This document shows, in pieces, positions 29,610 through 39,877 of a DNA stretch of 64,000 nucleotides. The notes under the pieces were generated by a model. The model saw only the letters and a list, made by a program, of their open reading frames with translations, had not been told where the DNA came from and ran no database searches. The stretch is from a virus (Duplodnaviria; Heunggongvirae; Uroviricota; Caudoviricetes), in the IMG/VR virus record IMGVR_UViG_2799112923_000001; one strand, given 5' to 3'. Position 1 is the first letter of the stretch, and each line of letters opens with the position of its first letter. The translations under genes were made by a program, and so were the position numbers.

Positions 29610-30244
29610 TGGCTATTGAGAATTTACATAAAGATGTGTTAAAGAAACCACCTTCTTCTCCAATGAAGAACTGGATTTTTGATGTTCAGTTTGTCTGGGA
29701 TGGTTATGATATGACTGGTAATAGAATCCAACCAGACCAAAACTCATTAGGTTATTCTTTGAACAATGATACAGATAGAAGTATGATTGCTATTAAAGCA
29801 GACCTACCAACATTTGATACAACTATTGTTACCAAGAATTTTCTAGGAACACAGAAATCATTTCCAGTACTTAGAAAGCACGGTGGTGATACAACATTAG
29901 AATTTTATACACATACAGACCCACACGAAAACAATTTTATAGTTTACAATTTCTTTAAGAAATTCAAAGATTTAAATACCAACCAACAAAGTAATGAGTA
30001 TTATCATAAAGAATTTGCTACTGTATTCAATGAAATAGATATCAGTGTAATGGATAGAGAAGATGGAAACATTGTTTACATTTACTATCTAAAGAACTGT
30101 ATCGTTACCAAGATTGAAATGGGTAGTCTTTCTTATGAGAATAGTGAAGCATTGAAATACACAATGAGTGTTCATTACGATGATTGGTGGGTTACAGAGA
30201 ACGATGTAACTGAGAACGAAAAGACGGGTAAAGGAAGTAGATAA
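29609..30244 (+). CDS. Tail tube paralog (gp19-like)
   Basis: KADLP...FLG...LKNC...LSYE...VHYDDW. Confidence 0.7.
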   Translation: MAIENLHKDVLKKPPSSPMKNWIFDVQFVWDGYDMTGNRIQPDQNSLGYSLNNDTDRSMIAIKADLPTFDTTIVTKNFLGTQKSFPVLRKHGGDTTLEFYTHTDPHENNFIVYNFFKKFKDLNTNQQSNEYYHKEFATVFNEIDISVMDREDGNIVYIYYLKNCIVTKIEMGSLSYENSEALKYTMSVHYDDWWVTENDVTENEKTGKGSR

Positions 30245-31596
30245 TGGGAATTGGTGATATACTTTGCGAATACATCTATGGTGGATTTCTAGTAGTCAAA
30301 GCAGCTTTGGAAGTTGCTCAAAAGACCGCCAAGGCCTTATTAAAAGCAGCCAATACCCTGTTTGATACTCTCATGTCCCTTTGCCGTTATGTTATTGACA
30401 TCGGTATTGAAACTATCCTTAATGCTATACGAGTGTTCCAAAAATGGCTAGTGGATAAACTGCTGAATTTTGATTTTGATGCGATATGCCAAGGATTGTT
30501 CCGTTGTACCGAGTTCCTAGAACAAGTTCTTGACCCCAATTCTTTGTTGTGTAGAACAGTAAGAAAATACACAAACTATAACCCAGGCCCACAAGAAGAA
30601 TTGTATAGAACTATCGGTGATTTTAGAGAATTTAAGAATCAAATTTGTTCATTTGGTTTTACATTCAATTTTGGTTTATCCGCAATAAAAGAAATGTTGG
30701 ATGCTTATTATGCTATGTGTACAGAATTTCTTGATATGTTGGATAGAAACAAAGAAAGAATTAGAAGATTTTTACAAAAATATCTTGATACTTTGATTGA
30801 TATCGGTGTATTTGATATGCTTGATAGATTGAAGAAGTTCTTTGATTGCGTATTGATTGATACCGAAATTTGTTCTAACATTAGAACTGCTAATTCATTC
30901 TACAATACTTGTTTAAGAAAGATGTGTATTGAAGAATCAGGTGATGGTTATAAACTTGACTCAAACATGTCAGCAGAATATATGAACGCATTTGATAGCA
31001 GAATAAACAACTTGAACAATTCCAAGAATGATTTGAAGAAACTCATTGATAGTATGTTGAACCCTTCACAGGTTAATGCTGCTAAAAACGCATTTAATCT
31101 TTCAGCTATGATTTTCCCAGGTGGTGCTTCCTGGAAAGATATTAAAGAAGGCAACTTTTGGAAGAAAAATAGATGTTATCAGTATTTCAAAATGAAACGC
31201 AGAGCATTTATCAATTCATTCAAAAGACAACACCCAGAGTATGAAGCTGCTGGAACAGATGCTATTTTGGGTAATATGACTATCAATGACGATGCTGGTT
31301 ATGTTGAAGTCACTATGAATGGTGATAATGGATTTGAAACCATTAGATTTGAGAATGGTCAGATTGATGGTATGGAATTAGTTCCTGATAATACAGAATA
31401 TAATATGAAAGTAACCGACGAAAAAGTACAAACTAATGCTGCTCTATATAATAAAGATACTGACGAAATTACATCTTCTTTGAGAGGTGCCATTGAAATT
31501 TCAGTATTGGGTAATGAAAGTTTAAAGAACCAGGTAATGAAGATTGGTGGCATTAAGGGTTATACCAGTGAAAGTGAATTAATGACAGGTAATTAA
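30244..31596 (+). CDS. Hypothetical helical, Cys-rich late protein
   Basis: 450-aa ORF translationally coupled to the tube paralog. Confidence 0.6.
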   Translation: MGIGDILCEYIYGGFLVVKAALEVAQKTAKALLKAANTLFDTLMSLCRYVIDIGIETILNAIRVFQKWLVDKLLNFDFDAICQGLFRCTEFLEQVLDPNSLLCRTVRKYTNYNPGPQEELYRTIGDFREFKNQICSFGFTFNFGLSAIKEMLDAYYAMCTEFLDMLDRNKERIRRFLQKYLDTLIDIGVFDMLDRLKKFFDCVLIDTEICSNIRTANSFYNTCLRKMCIEESGDGYKLDSNMSAEYMNAFDSRINNLNNSKNDLKKLIDSMLNPSQVNAAKNAFNLSAMIFPGGASWKDIKEGNFWKKNRCYQYFKMKRRAFINSFKRQHPEYEAAGTDAILGNMTINDDAGYVEVTMNGDNGFETIRFENGQIDGMELVPDNTEYNMKVTDEKVQTNAALYNKDTDEITSSLRGAIEISVLGNESLKNQVMKIGGIKGYTSESELMTGN

Positions 31597-31965
31597 ATGA
31601 ACATTTACGAACAACAGAGAGATATTTTATTTGAAGCATGTAAAAAGGTGGCAACTGCCCAAAACTGCCCAAAATGGATAGCAGATTTGCTACGTACTGA
31701 AGTTATGAGAGCCAAACAACTTAAAGAAGAATTTCCATCTCTCAGTAATGACCAGGAATCGCACGTTCCTGCCCAGCCATTACAGGTCAATGAGATTGTA
31801 GTCATCAATAACAACGGAGCCAGGTGTGTGGCAAAGCTGCTAAATGAAGCCATACCTGTGGATGGTATTAGACTATTTGATGTTCAAGTGGTAGAAAATA
31901 GCAAAAATCACAATATCGGAACAATTTTTCACAATGTTCCTGAAACTCTAATGGCGAGGAAATAA
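31597..31965 (+). CDS. Hypothetical protein
   Basis: Abutting ORF in the late operon. Confidence 0.55.
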   Translation: MNIYEQQRDILFEACKKVATAQNCPKWIADLLRTEVMRAKQLKEEFPSLSNDQESHVPAQPLQVNEIVVINNNGARCVAKLLNEAIPVDGIRLFDVQVVENSKNHNIGTIFHNVPETLMARK

Positions 31966-32375
31966 TGTTACCATTAAGTGCTAATCCCGATTTTAAAGAT
32001 TTGGGTGAATTGAAATCACCCAACCCATATTATGATTTGAATGGTGATAAACTGAGCGAACATATAGAAATTTATGGTGCCGACGCATTAGACCAAATGA
32101 TTGAAGCAGTTCTTTGTACAGAACCATACGAAAGAATTTTTAATCTATCTTTTAGTTCACCATTATATAGAGTTCTGTTTGAAAATCATACACAGATTGA
32201 TAGTTTAATCAATATGGTATTTGACCAGATTGAGTATTGGGTTCCAGTCTCAATTTATCGTGAAAATGCTGATGTTAGAACAAATCCTAGTGAACATTCA
32301 GTACATTTTAAAATACCTTATGTTTCAAACGATGGAAAGATTACCCATATTTTTAATCGCATAATAAGCAAATAA
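31965..32375 (+). CDS. Baseplate wedge subunit (gp25-like)
   Basis: LCTEPYERIFNLSFSSPLYRVLFE...IEYWVP. Confidence 0.8.
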   Translation: MLPLSANPDFKDLGELKSPNPYYDLNGDKLSEHIEIYGADALDQMIEAVLCTEPYERIFNLSFSSPLYRVLFENHTQIDSLINMVFDQIEYWVPVSIYRENADVRTNPSEHSVHFKIPYVSNDGKITHIFNRIISK

Positions 32376-32395
32376 CGATTTTTCATAAATAATAT

Positions 32396-32869
32396 ATGAA
32401 TATATCGTTTAGAGAATATGTGAAATTGAATATGGATAAAGCCTACAACCACCAAAAGGTTGAGGTTCCCGAAGTTAAAGTTAAGAAAATTGTTAAACCG
32501 ATAGCAACAGCACCGGTTAAAGAAAAAGATGCTTACGATTATTTAAAAGAAATCAATCCACAAGTTTGGACTGCTAAAATCGTACAAAATAACAAGTATC
32601 TTTTTTATAATGAACACTATCTTGATATATCCAAATTAGCAACTGAATTAAAAACATTGTACACCAATAATGGGTATCGCAACTATGGTTTCTCTAAATT
32701 AACAGAAAGTGATTTAATTCGTTACACCACTGTAAGAGAAATTTTAGCAAAAGAATTTAATAACCCAACAAGTGAAACGGAATTAAATCCCGCAGATGTT
32801 GCCCAAACTCTTTATAATAATGAATTGAAAGACTTTGAATGGCAACCACAACCTCTAAATCTTAAATAG
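32396..32869 (+). CDS. Hypothetical late protein
   Basis: CATAAATA 4 nt upstream of the ATG. Confidence 0.6.
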   Translation: MNISFREYVKLNMDKAYNHQKVEVPEVKVKKIVKPIATAPVKEKDAYDYLKEINPQVWTAKIVQNNKYLFYNEHYLDISKLATELKTLYTNNGYRNYGFSKLTESDLIRYTTVREILAKEFNNPTSETELNPADVAQTLYNNELKDFEWQPQPLNLK

Positions 32870-32877
32870 GTGATACA

Positions 32878-33294
32878 ATGAATACAATGACAAATAATTT
32901 GTTAGAGGTTAAATTATTAGTAGAACCTTCTATAATTGAAGAAACTCTAACAAGAATGGGAATTCCCGATACAAAGAATAAGATTTTATATCAGTCATGC
33001 CATTTGTTAAAACATTTTGGTAGTTATTACATAGGTCATTTCAAACAATTATTCGTTTTAGGCCGCGGAAAAGATGGTTTTCCAGGTTTCGGTAATGTTA
33101 GTATGGAAGATATAGAACGCAGAAATTCTATTGCGTTTTGCCTTCAAAAATGGAATATGATTGAAATTATTGACCCAGCACAAATAGAAGAACATAATGT
33201 AAGAATTTTTGTTTTGCCACACAAAGAAAAACATAACTGGCAATTAATCAAGAAGTTCAATGTTAAAAATTTGGAGGGTGTTAGTAATGGATAA
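32878..33294 (+). CDS. regA: Translational repressor RegA
   Basis: ETLTRMGI...LYQSCHLL...YYIGHFKQLF...RRNSIA...L..W. Confidence 0.92.
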   Translation: MNTMTNNLLEVKLLVEPSIIEETLTRMGIPDTKNKILYQSCHLLKHFGSYYIGHFKQLFVLGRGKDGFPGFGNVSMEDIERRNSIAFCLQKWNMIEIIDPAQIEEHNVRIFVLPHKEKHNWQLIKKFNVKNLEGVSNG

Positions 33295-33694
33295 ATATAA
33301 TATGACATACGATAGCGGATATGCTAATGAAAGTCTTTATAACAAAACAGAAGGAGAAAACAATATGAATCTTGAAGAAGCAATAGAATTCCTAAACAAT
33401 CAGGGATATTATCTAAAAGAAACCCATGCGGAAGATGATGAATTAGATTATCTTTGCGATATAGTTTATAATGATATTTCAAAAGAACTTACTGGTGGAA
33501 CGATAGATATGAATTGGAAGAATGGGACTGCTTGTAAGCGAGGTATTCTTTATACACAATACACCAGTCTTGATGGTGAAACATCAGATATACAAGTATC
33601 TTTTAATGATAATCATGTGAAATTTATTACCATTGATGGGCAAGATATGACTGATGAAGAATTCATTGAAATGGCTAATAGTGGTGAAATTTAA
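33287..33694 (+). CDS. Hypothetical protein (second start with strong RBS at 33365)
   Basis: AAGGAG RBS before MNLEEAIEFL. Confidence 0.55.
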   Translation: MDKYNMTYDSGYANESLYNKTEGENNMNLEEAIEFLNNQGYYLKETHAEDDELDYLCDIVYNDISKELTGGTIDMNWKNGTACKRGILYTQYTSLDGETSDIQVSFNDNHVKFITIDGQDMTDEEFIEMANSGEI

Positions 33695-33779
33695 CACTCT
33701 TTTCATATAATTTCAAAAAGGCGGCCTGTTTGGGTCGCTTTTTTGCGTATATAAATATAGAAAGAAGTAGAATTGTATT

Positions 33780-34574
33780 ATGTTAAGTTATCAAGAAATT
33801 TTTAATATCCAAAGAACAACCCTACCATTATCCAAGAAAGAATTGGAAAATGTACTTACTAAGTCTGTTTTCACAGGCTATGTTCAATGTTCATATAGTG
33901 TTTTGGTTCAAACCCTTAAAGAACTAGCAACTGCTGAAAGTTGTAAATGTACTATTAACCCAGATGTTATGTACCAAAATACCAACAATCCATTCTTAAA
34001 AGCAGATTGTATTATTCAGGTTGAAGGTACAAGATACTATGAAGAATTTATTAACAGAGTGATTTCTAACGAAGATAGTAAAGAATGGACTGATTTCGTC
34101 ACTTATTCCGAAACATTCAAAGACGAACTTCGTGTTCTCAAATGCCAAATTATCGCAAAATATCTTTGGAATCACATGAACTTAAATAACTGGTATGAAG
34201 AAAAGAATGTATCTTTGTTGGGTGATACAAAGGCTATGATGGAATCCGATTGGGAAACATTCAAGAATAAGGTATTACTCACACCAGATTTGTATGGATT
34301 TATAGATTCTTGTAACCAGGCAGATTTACAGAAAGCCACAAAAGCATTGAGCCAAAATCTATGTGCTAAGTTGGTTAAATATAAACCTGAATTGATGAAA
34401 CATATTACAAACAATAGTAAACGAGAAGAAGTTATAACAGTTAAAAATCCAATTATCAAACATATTTTCATTGTTTCAAACTATGCTAAACAATGTGAAA
34501 AAGATTGGCCTGTTATTAAGTTTACTACATTGGATAGAAGAAGTTTTGAAAATCTCAGTATGTGGGAAGAATAA
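33780..34574 (+). CDS. Hypothetical late protein
   Basis: 264-aa ORF after TATAAATA. Confidence 0.6.
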   Translation: MLSYQEIFNIQRTTLPLSKKELENVLTKSVFTGYVQCSYSVLVQTLKELATAESCKCTINPDVMYQNTNNPFLKADCIIQVEGTRYYEEFINRVISNEDSKEWTDFVTYSETFKDELRVLKCQIIAKYLWNHMNLNNWYEEKNVSLLGDTKAMMESDWETFKNKVLLTPDLYGFIDSCNQADLQKATKALSQNLCAKLVKYKPELMKHITNNSKREEVITVKNPIIKHIFIVSNYAKQCEKDWPVIKFTTLDRRSFENLSMWEE

Positions 34575-37117
34575 TGTTAAAACATAGTGAAACCATAATA
34601 AATTCTAATGTTAGACGCCAAGATGCTACCTGGGATTATCGTTGGGAATACAATAACAGTGATAATCCAAATACCATATTTGAAAAGCCAGATATGCAGC
34701 AAGAAGGTCAGTTTGGTAATGAAACTTGGTATTTTTGTGGTGATGCTAGTGAGTTAAGACAATACGATAGTTCTACCTGGGACCCTAATCATCCTGTATT
34801 TGAGTATGATAGTGCTAATCCTGAATCCTGGGATGAATCACACCCATATAACCCAACCCGTTATTTAAGCCCTGGTGATAGTAAATTTATTCGTATCACC
34901 AATTCTGTACAAAATGTTACTATTGACCCTATTCCACCTGAATTCGTCACAGATTATGGTACCGAATACTTAACATTGGAATCTAAACTTGATGGTAGAA
35001 GTTGGGTGGATAAAAGCACACCTGAAAGAATTAAATATAAATTCTCACAAGCAACAAGAGAAATCGTTTTAGAGTTCAAAGACGAAATTGGTTTGGACTA
35101 TAAACAGGTCGCATTGTATACTGGTGATGAAGAAATTGATTGGGGTAATGTAAAAGAATTAACTGATAACATAATTTATTACTATGATAGAACATTAGAT
35201 AAATCTTTACAACAGAAATATGTAGAACACATGTCCTTCAATTCTACTAAGGATGGTCAGTATAGAGTTGCTTTCTCATTGAATGAACAATGGGCTAAAA
35301 TCAAAAAATACACTGATAACAAAGTATTTTACGATGAAGAAAAACTTGAAACATACATTAACGATGTAGGTTCAATTTATAATGTAGAATACAAGAAAGG
35401 TGGTGAAGATATAAGTAGACCCAAATATGGTAAAGCCAAACTAAATCTAATCGTTTGGGATTTAGCAGGCAACTACTCAATTTACCATATCGTTAGACCA
35501 TTCAATACATTAAAACTTGAAGATTTAAATAATCTCGTCCCAGTAGATATTTTGTTCAAAGATATAGAACCAAAGAACTACTATTTGGAAGATGGTATTG
35601 AAGGCAAGATTATTACTGATGTTTATGACCCAAACGATATTCTATGGGAATATGAAAATGTTGCTAAACTAATGGAAGGTTCCATTGGTGTAATTGATAA
35701 AGGTTCTTACGAAGCAGGTGATAACAGAAAAAAACCATTAACAGGTGTTCGTGAATTTATTATCACTCACCTTACAGAAAGTGGTAATGTAGAAGTTGAA
35801 GCCTGGGTTGAAACTGGCTTCCCTGAAATTGATGAACTAATTAAAGAACGAACATATAATACCGCTATATGTGGTCCTTGGGTTTATGGAGCAGAAGGTA
35901 GAAGATACCATATCACTCCTTATGTTCCTAAGTATCTACACGGTACTGAGTTCGCAGACTTTATGGAATTTTTCCAGTTGTACATTAACACAATGTACCA
36001 GGGAATGGAAAGTAAAAAGAACATTTCAGCACTAGAAAAGATTGCTAGAATTGGTAACTTCAATGATATTGCTAGATTGGAAGATTCATTAGTTTATCAC
36101 TATGCTAAACAGTTCGGAAATGAATTTGATTTTGATGTTGATTCATTACAGAATGTGAACTTGATATTTGATGGTATGGGTTTCACCACAAGAGATATGA
36201 AAGAAACCTTTGATATTATCAAATATGTTTTGGAAGAATTACCAGCATATAACCGCTATAAGGGTACTAACACTGGTATTACTATGGCTATTAGAATGTT
36301 TGGTTTCGCATGCCAAATTATAAATGTATGGGTTCGTAGAGATATTGAAGTAGAAAAAGACCCTAACTTTATTGAAGAGGATAGATTATACTCATACGAA
36401 GAATACTTTATGACCTCTCGTTTTGATTTGGAATTGAAAGCCGATAACAATAAATTCAAAACATTCTGTGAAAACATTGATATGTTTATAGATTTAATCA
36501 AATCCATTAAGCCTATTACAAAGATTTTGAATTTGATTAAATACACAATTATACATGAACTTAATGTAAATCTTGTGTATGATATTGACGAAATAGAAGA
36601 TACTAATAATCCTGTGAAAGAATACTCCTTCAAATGGTATTTTGATAATGAACACGAAAAGAGTATAAAGAACATTAAGAAACTATGCTCAATGGATTAT
36701 AGTACTGGTACTGTAGATTTATTCTGTTTAAATTATAGACCAGATGTAGTTTCACCACAAGCAACTACACCACCAATGGTTTATAATGTAATTGGTAAGT
36801 TCTTGAAATCAAAATTTGAAGAAATCATTTTGACTGTAGAAGCAACTAAAACAGAAAAGGCTATTGAAGATAATGTAGATATAGAAGTTCCATCAACTAC
36901 AACATATAATTTGAATAGAGCAGGGTTGACTCCAATCTTAAATGCTGGTTCATTCTTCTTATATCTAACTGATGCTTCTAATGGAACACACGGCTATAAT
37001 ATGATTCATAAATTCTTTGACTATAAAAATCTTGAACTTGGTTATTTGAAAATCACTATTTCTATGAGATTTAAAATTCAAAACGGCACAGATTATGCTG
37101 TCGCATTAACACCATAA
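34574..37117 (+). CDS. Baseplate wedge protein (gp7/P2 gpI-like C-terminal domain)
   Basis: YVPKYL...FMEFFQLY...YAKQFG...YNRYKGTNTGI...IKP. Confidence 0.65.
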   Translation: MLKHSETIINSNVRRQDATWDYRWEYNNSDNPNTIFEKPDMQQEGQFGNETWYFCGDASELRQYDSSTWDPNHPVFEYDSANPESWDESHPYNPTRYLSPGDSKFIRITNSVQNVTIDPIPPEFVTDYGTEYLTLESKLDGRSWVDKSTPERIKYKFSQATREIVLEFKDEIGLDYKQVALYTGDEEIDWGNVKELTDNIIYYYDRTLDKSLQQKYVEHMSFNSTKDGQYRVAFSLNEQWAKIKKYTDNKVFYDEEKLETYINDVGSIYNVEYKKGGEDISRPKYGKAKLNLIVWDLAGNYSIYHIVRPFNTLKLEDLNNLVPVDILFKDIEPKNYYLEDGIEGKIITDVYDPNDILWEYENVAKLMEGSIGVIDKGSYEAGDNRKKPLTGVREFIITHLTESGNVEVEAWVETGFPEIDELIKERTYNTAICGPWVYGAEGRRYHITPYVPKYLHGTEFADFMEFFQLYINTMYQGMESKKNISALEKIARIGNFNDIARLEDSLVYHYAKQFGNEFDFDVDSLQNVNLIFDGMGFTTRDMKETFDIIKYVLEELPAYNRYKGTNTGITMAIRMFGFACQIINVWVRRDIEVEKDPNFIEEDRLYSYEEYFMTSRFDLELKADNNKFKTFCENIDMFIDLIKSIKPITKILNLIKYTIIHELNVNLVYDIDEIEDTNNPVKEYSFKWYFDNEHEKSIKNIKKLCSMDYSTGTVDLFCLNYRPDVVSPQATTPPMVYNVIGKFLKSKFEEIILTVEATKTEKAIEDNVDIEVPSTTTYNLNRAGLTPILNAGSFFLYLTDASNGTHGYNMIHKFFDYKNLELGYLKITISMRFKIQNGTDYAVALTP

Positions 37118-37125
37118 ATAGTAAT

Positions 37126-37893
37126 ATGAATAGTAGTGTTTTTTATAAAGATGTAGTATGCGTTATAACCAACGAAGGAAAATCATTATTTGTTAAACAA
37201 TCTAATGGTATCAAATTCGCAAAGGTTGGAGCAGTCTTATTCTCTGATAAAAACAAATCTATCAAAAATGCTTATGAATTAGATGGTGATAAACATTTGT
37301 TGTTAAAGAACATTTCTTTAAAACAGTTAAAGAATTATACAACACTCGTTTATAAGAACATTACATATACACAAGAAGGGAATGTATTCATTCCTGAAAA
37401 CATGACCGACTATAATAATGCGTTATCTAATCCTGAAAATTTACTACCAATACAACTTGCTTATGGTAAAAAAGAAATTGGTATAGACGAAGATGAAGAA
37501 CCTATTTATCAAAAATTTATGTCTTATGACTTGGTTCTTAAAACCAATACCCTTTCTGTTCAAAGAACATCCGATATGAATTTTGATGGTTTCGCTATAT
37601 TGGGTTTACCATTCAAACCATTGGATGTTGAACAAAATTTACCAATTATAGTTGACCAGGATTACTGCACATTAGCATTGGTTTATTTCCCAAAAGATAC
37701 TGAGAAATTCCAGGTATTATATAACCAACCTAGTACTGTTGCTATGAACTACGAAATACATGTTATGATGGATAATCCAATACTTTTAGATGGATTGAGT
37801 TATACAACAACAAAAGGATTAGAACCAAAAAACCCAAAAAGATTTTTATATGGAATACATTTAACTAATGATGGCTTACATAATAAAGGATAA
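37126..37893 (+). CDS. Tail-fibre attachment-type protein
   Basis: VITNEGK...GIKFA N-terminus shared with ORF 39878. Confidence 0.5.
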   Translation: MNSSVFYKDVVCVITNEGKSLFVKQSNGIKFAKVGAVLFSDKNKSIKNAYELDGDKHLLLKNISLKQLKNYTTLVYKNITYTQEGNVFIPENMTDYNNALSNPENLLPIQLAYGKKEIGIDEDEEPIYQKFMSYDLVLKTNTLSVQRTSDMNFDGFAILGLPFKPLDVEQNLPIIVDQDYCTLALVYFPKDTEKFQVLYNQPSTVAMNYEIHVMMDNPILLDGLSYTTTKGLEPKNPKRFLYGIHLTNDGLHNKG

Positions 37894-37899
37894 TGAAGA

Positions 37900-39867
37900 A
37901 TGAAAAACATTGGAACTGTCAATGATATATTAATGTCTGATGGAATTAAGAATGTAGATTCTATCGCCAAGTTGAACATTATGACCGAAGCCAATAATGA
38001 CTTTGATAAGAATGTTCCACAAATTATGTTATCACAAACCACTACTGGTACTGTGAAGACTTGGAATGGTGATAGATTAACCATTAATTATGCCAGTGGT
38101 AATAATGCTGGGTATTTCGGTATTTCCGAAATTACTGGTTCATATAGAAAAAGATTGAATTTTGAAATCCTAGGTGCTAACAATGTATTCCATACTTCTG
38201 TTGGCGGAACCTATGGAAACTCCTTCATTTATGCCCAAGGCAACAAATTATCCAAGAATACTCACGATTGTAATTTCATTCATTCCGATTACAACACATT
38301 CAATACTTCTGCCGCAAATTCATTCAATTTTATCCATTCTCATAACAACACTTTTAAAGCTGGTAGTTATGATAATGTTTATGCATCAGCCAATAACATT
38401 TCTTTATACAACTCTAACGATAACACATTCAATCCACTTCCAGCCACATATACTGTAGTTTCTACAAAGGGTTCTACAAAAGGCCAAACAGAAAGATTTG
38501 GTGTTAAAGGTTGTTTCTTACGCAACCAAACCTTGATTGGTTCTAACTTTAACTACATCAAAGGTAGAGTGGTTGCTAATGGAACTACAAATGTACCTAA
38601 CACTACTTTCATTAACTCTAACAGTGGTTTGTATGATTTCAATGAACACCACGGTTCATTAACATTCATTGGTAATACATTTGGTTATTACAACAATGTA
38701 AGTGGTGGTAATGTAATTGGTATTGGTGAAGGTCTTATTCAGGATGGTGGTAGTTCCGATAAGATTTTGTTAGGTTTCTATAACCAAAACACAACTGACC
38801 CTAACGAAGTATTGGTTGTTGGTGATGGTAGATTGAATCGTAGTTATGTTAAGGGATTAACAAAAAACTATGGTGATGATTGGAACACCAAGCATGGTGC
38901 TTGGAACAAGATTATGGGTAGCATTAGTGGTACAGGTTCTACTGCTTATAATGATACACACTATCGTCACAATATCTTTACTGTTAATAAGCAAGGATAT
39001 GTAACAATTTCCGATTACCAAGTACCAAGTAATTCTGCTCGTTATGGTTATAAGGGTATCACTGCTTATGTAGATGGTGCTGTATATGATATTCCATTCG
39101 CCAAAGTCTATAACAAGATTAACGGCAACGATGCAGTTGATATTATGCAGGAAACTATTGATTCTTACACACATACTATTCAAACAAGAATTGATAGTAT
39201 GCCAACTACTAAATTTGAAACATTCACAGACCCAAAGAGTATTGTAAACACAACTATTCAAACATCTGGTTATTTGAATTTGGATAAACCAAGTAATAAC
39301 GCAGCTTTGAAAATTATTAAAGATATTGATACCTACACAAATAATTCTATAATTGGTGTATCATATCAGCCTGATACTATTGGTAATAGTAAGAGAAGAA
39401 TACCTGCAAAGATTGTATGGTCTTACTATCCACCTGTAGAAAATGGTAAGAGTAATAAGGTTACACTATCTACTTTGATTTACCCATATTGTACTAAACA
39501 ATTTATCTTGCGTAAACCTTATTATCCTTCTACTGATAAACAACAAAAACCATTCAGTGGTATTACATTGGTAGAAAGTGACGATTCAACAAAGAATATC
39601 AATTACGAAAGCGTTACACCAGTTACAGATGCATTGAAGTATTATTTGACTATAAACGATAACAATACTGTTAGATATTATAATGGTTCTACTGCTTCAT
39701 ACCAAACAAATAATTGGATTACAATTCCTGAAAACGAAGATGTTTCTACCTATGCATCATTTACTGCTAAATGGACTACCGCTTCATTAGATACTATGAA
39801 TACTATCAATGATTCTATTAGTGCTGAACGTGGTGATTACGCAGATGTAAACTATTATTATGTGTGA
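37900..39867 (+). CDS. Tail fibre/adhesin-like protein
   Basis: N/S/T-rich beta repeats; LGFYN...VVGDG...RHNIFTV motif. Confidence 0.6.
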   Translation: MKNIGTVNDILMSDGIKNVDSIAKLNIMTEANNDFDKNVPQIMLSQTTTGTVKTWNGDRLTINYASGNNAGYFGISEITGSYRKRLNFEILGANNVFHTSVGGTYGNSFIYAQGNKLSKNTHDCNFIHSDYNTFNTSAANSFNFIHSHNNTFKAGSYDNVYASANNISLYNSNDNTFNPLPATYTVVSTKGSTKGQTERFGVKGCFLRNQTLIGSNFNYIKGRVVANGTTNVPNTTFINSNSGLYDFNEHHGSLTFIGNTFGYYNNVSGGNVIGIGEGLIQDGGSSDKILLGFYNQNTTDPNEVLVVGDGRLNRSYVKGLTKNYGDDWNTKHGAWNKIMGSISGTGSTAYNDTHYRHNIFTVNKQGYVTISDYQVPSNSARYGYKGITAYVDGAVYDIPFAKVYNKINGNDAVDIMQETIDSYTHTIQTRIDSMPTTKFETFTDPKSIVNTTIQTSGYLNLDKPSNNAALKIIKDIDTYTNNSIIGVSYQPDTIGNSKRRIPAKIVWSYYPPVENGKSNKVTLSTLIYPYCTKQFILRKPYYPSTDKQQKPFSGITLVESDDSTKNINYESVTPVTDALKYYLTINDNNTVRYYNGSTASYQTNNWITIPENEDVSTYASFTAKWTTASLDTMNTINDSISAERGDYADVNYYYV

Positions 39868-39877
39868 TAAATAGTGT

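Noticed and set aside
37891-37899. Read-through fusing ORFs 37126 and 37900
   Set aside because: Two consecutive in-frame stops (TAA TGA) make read-through implausible.
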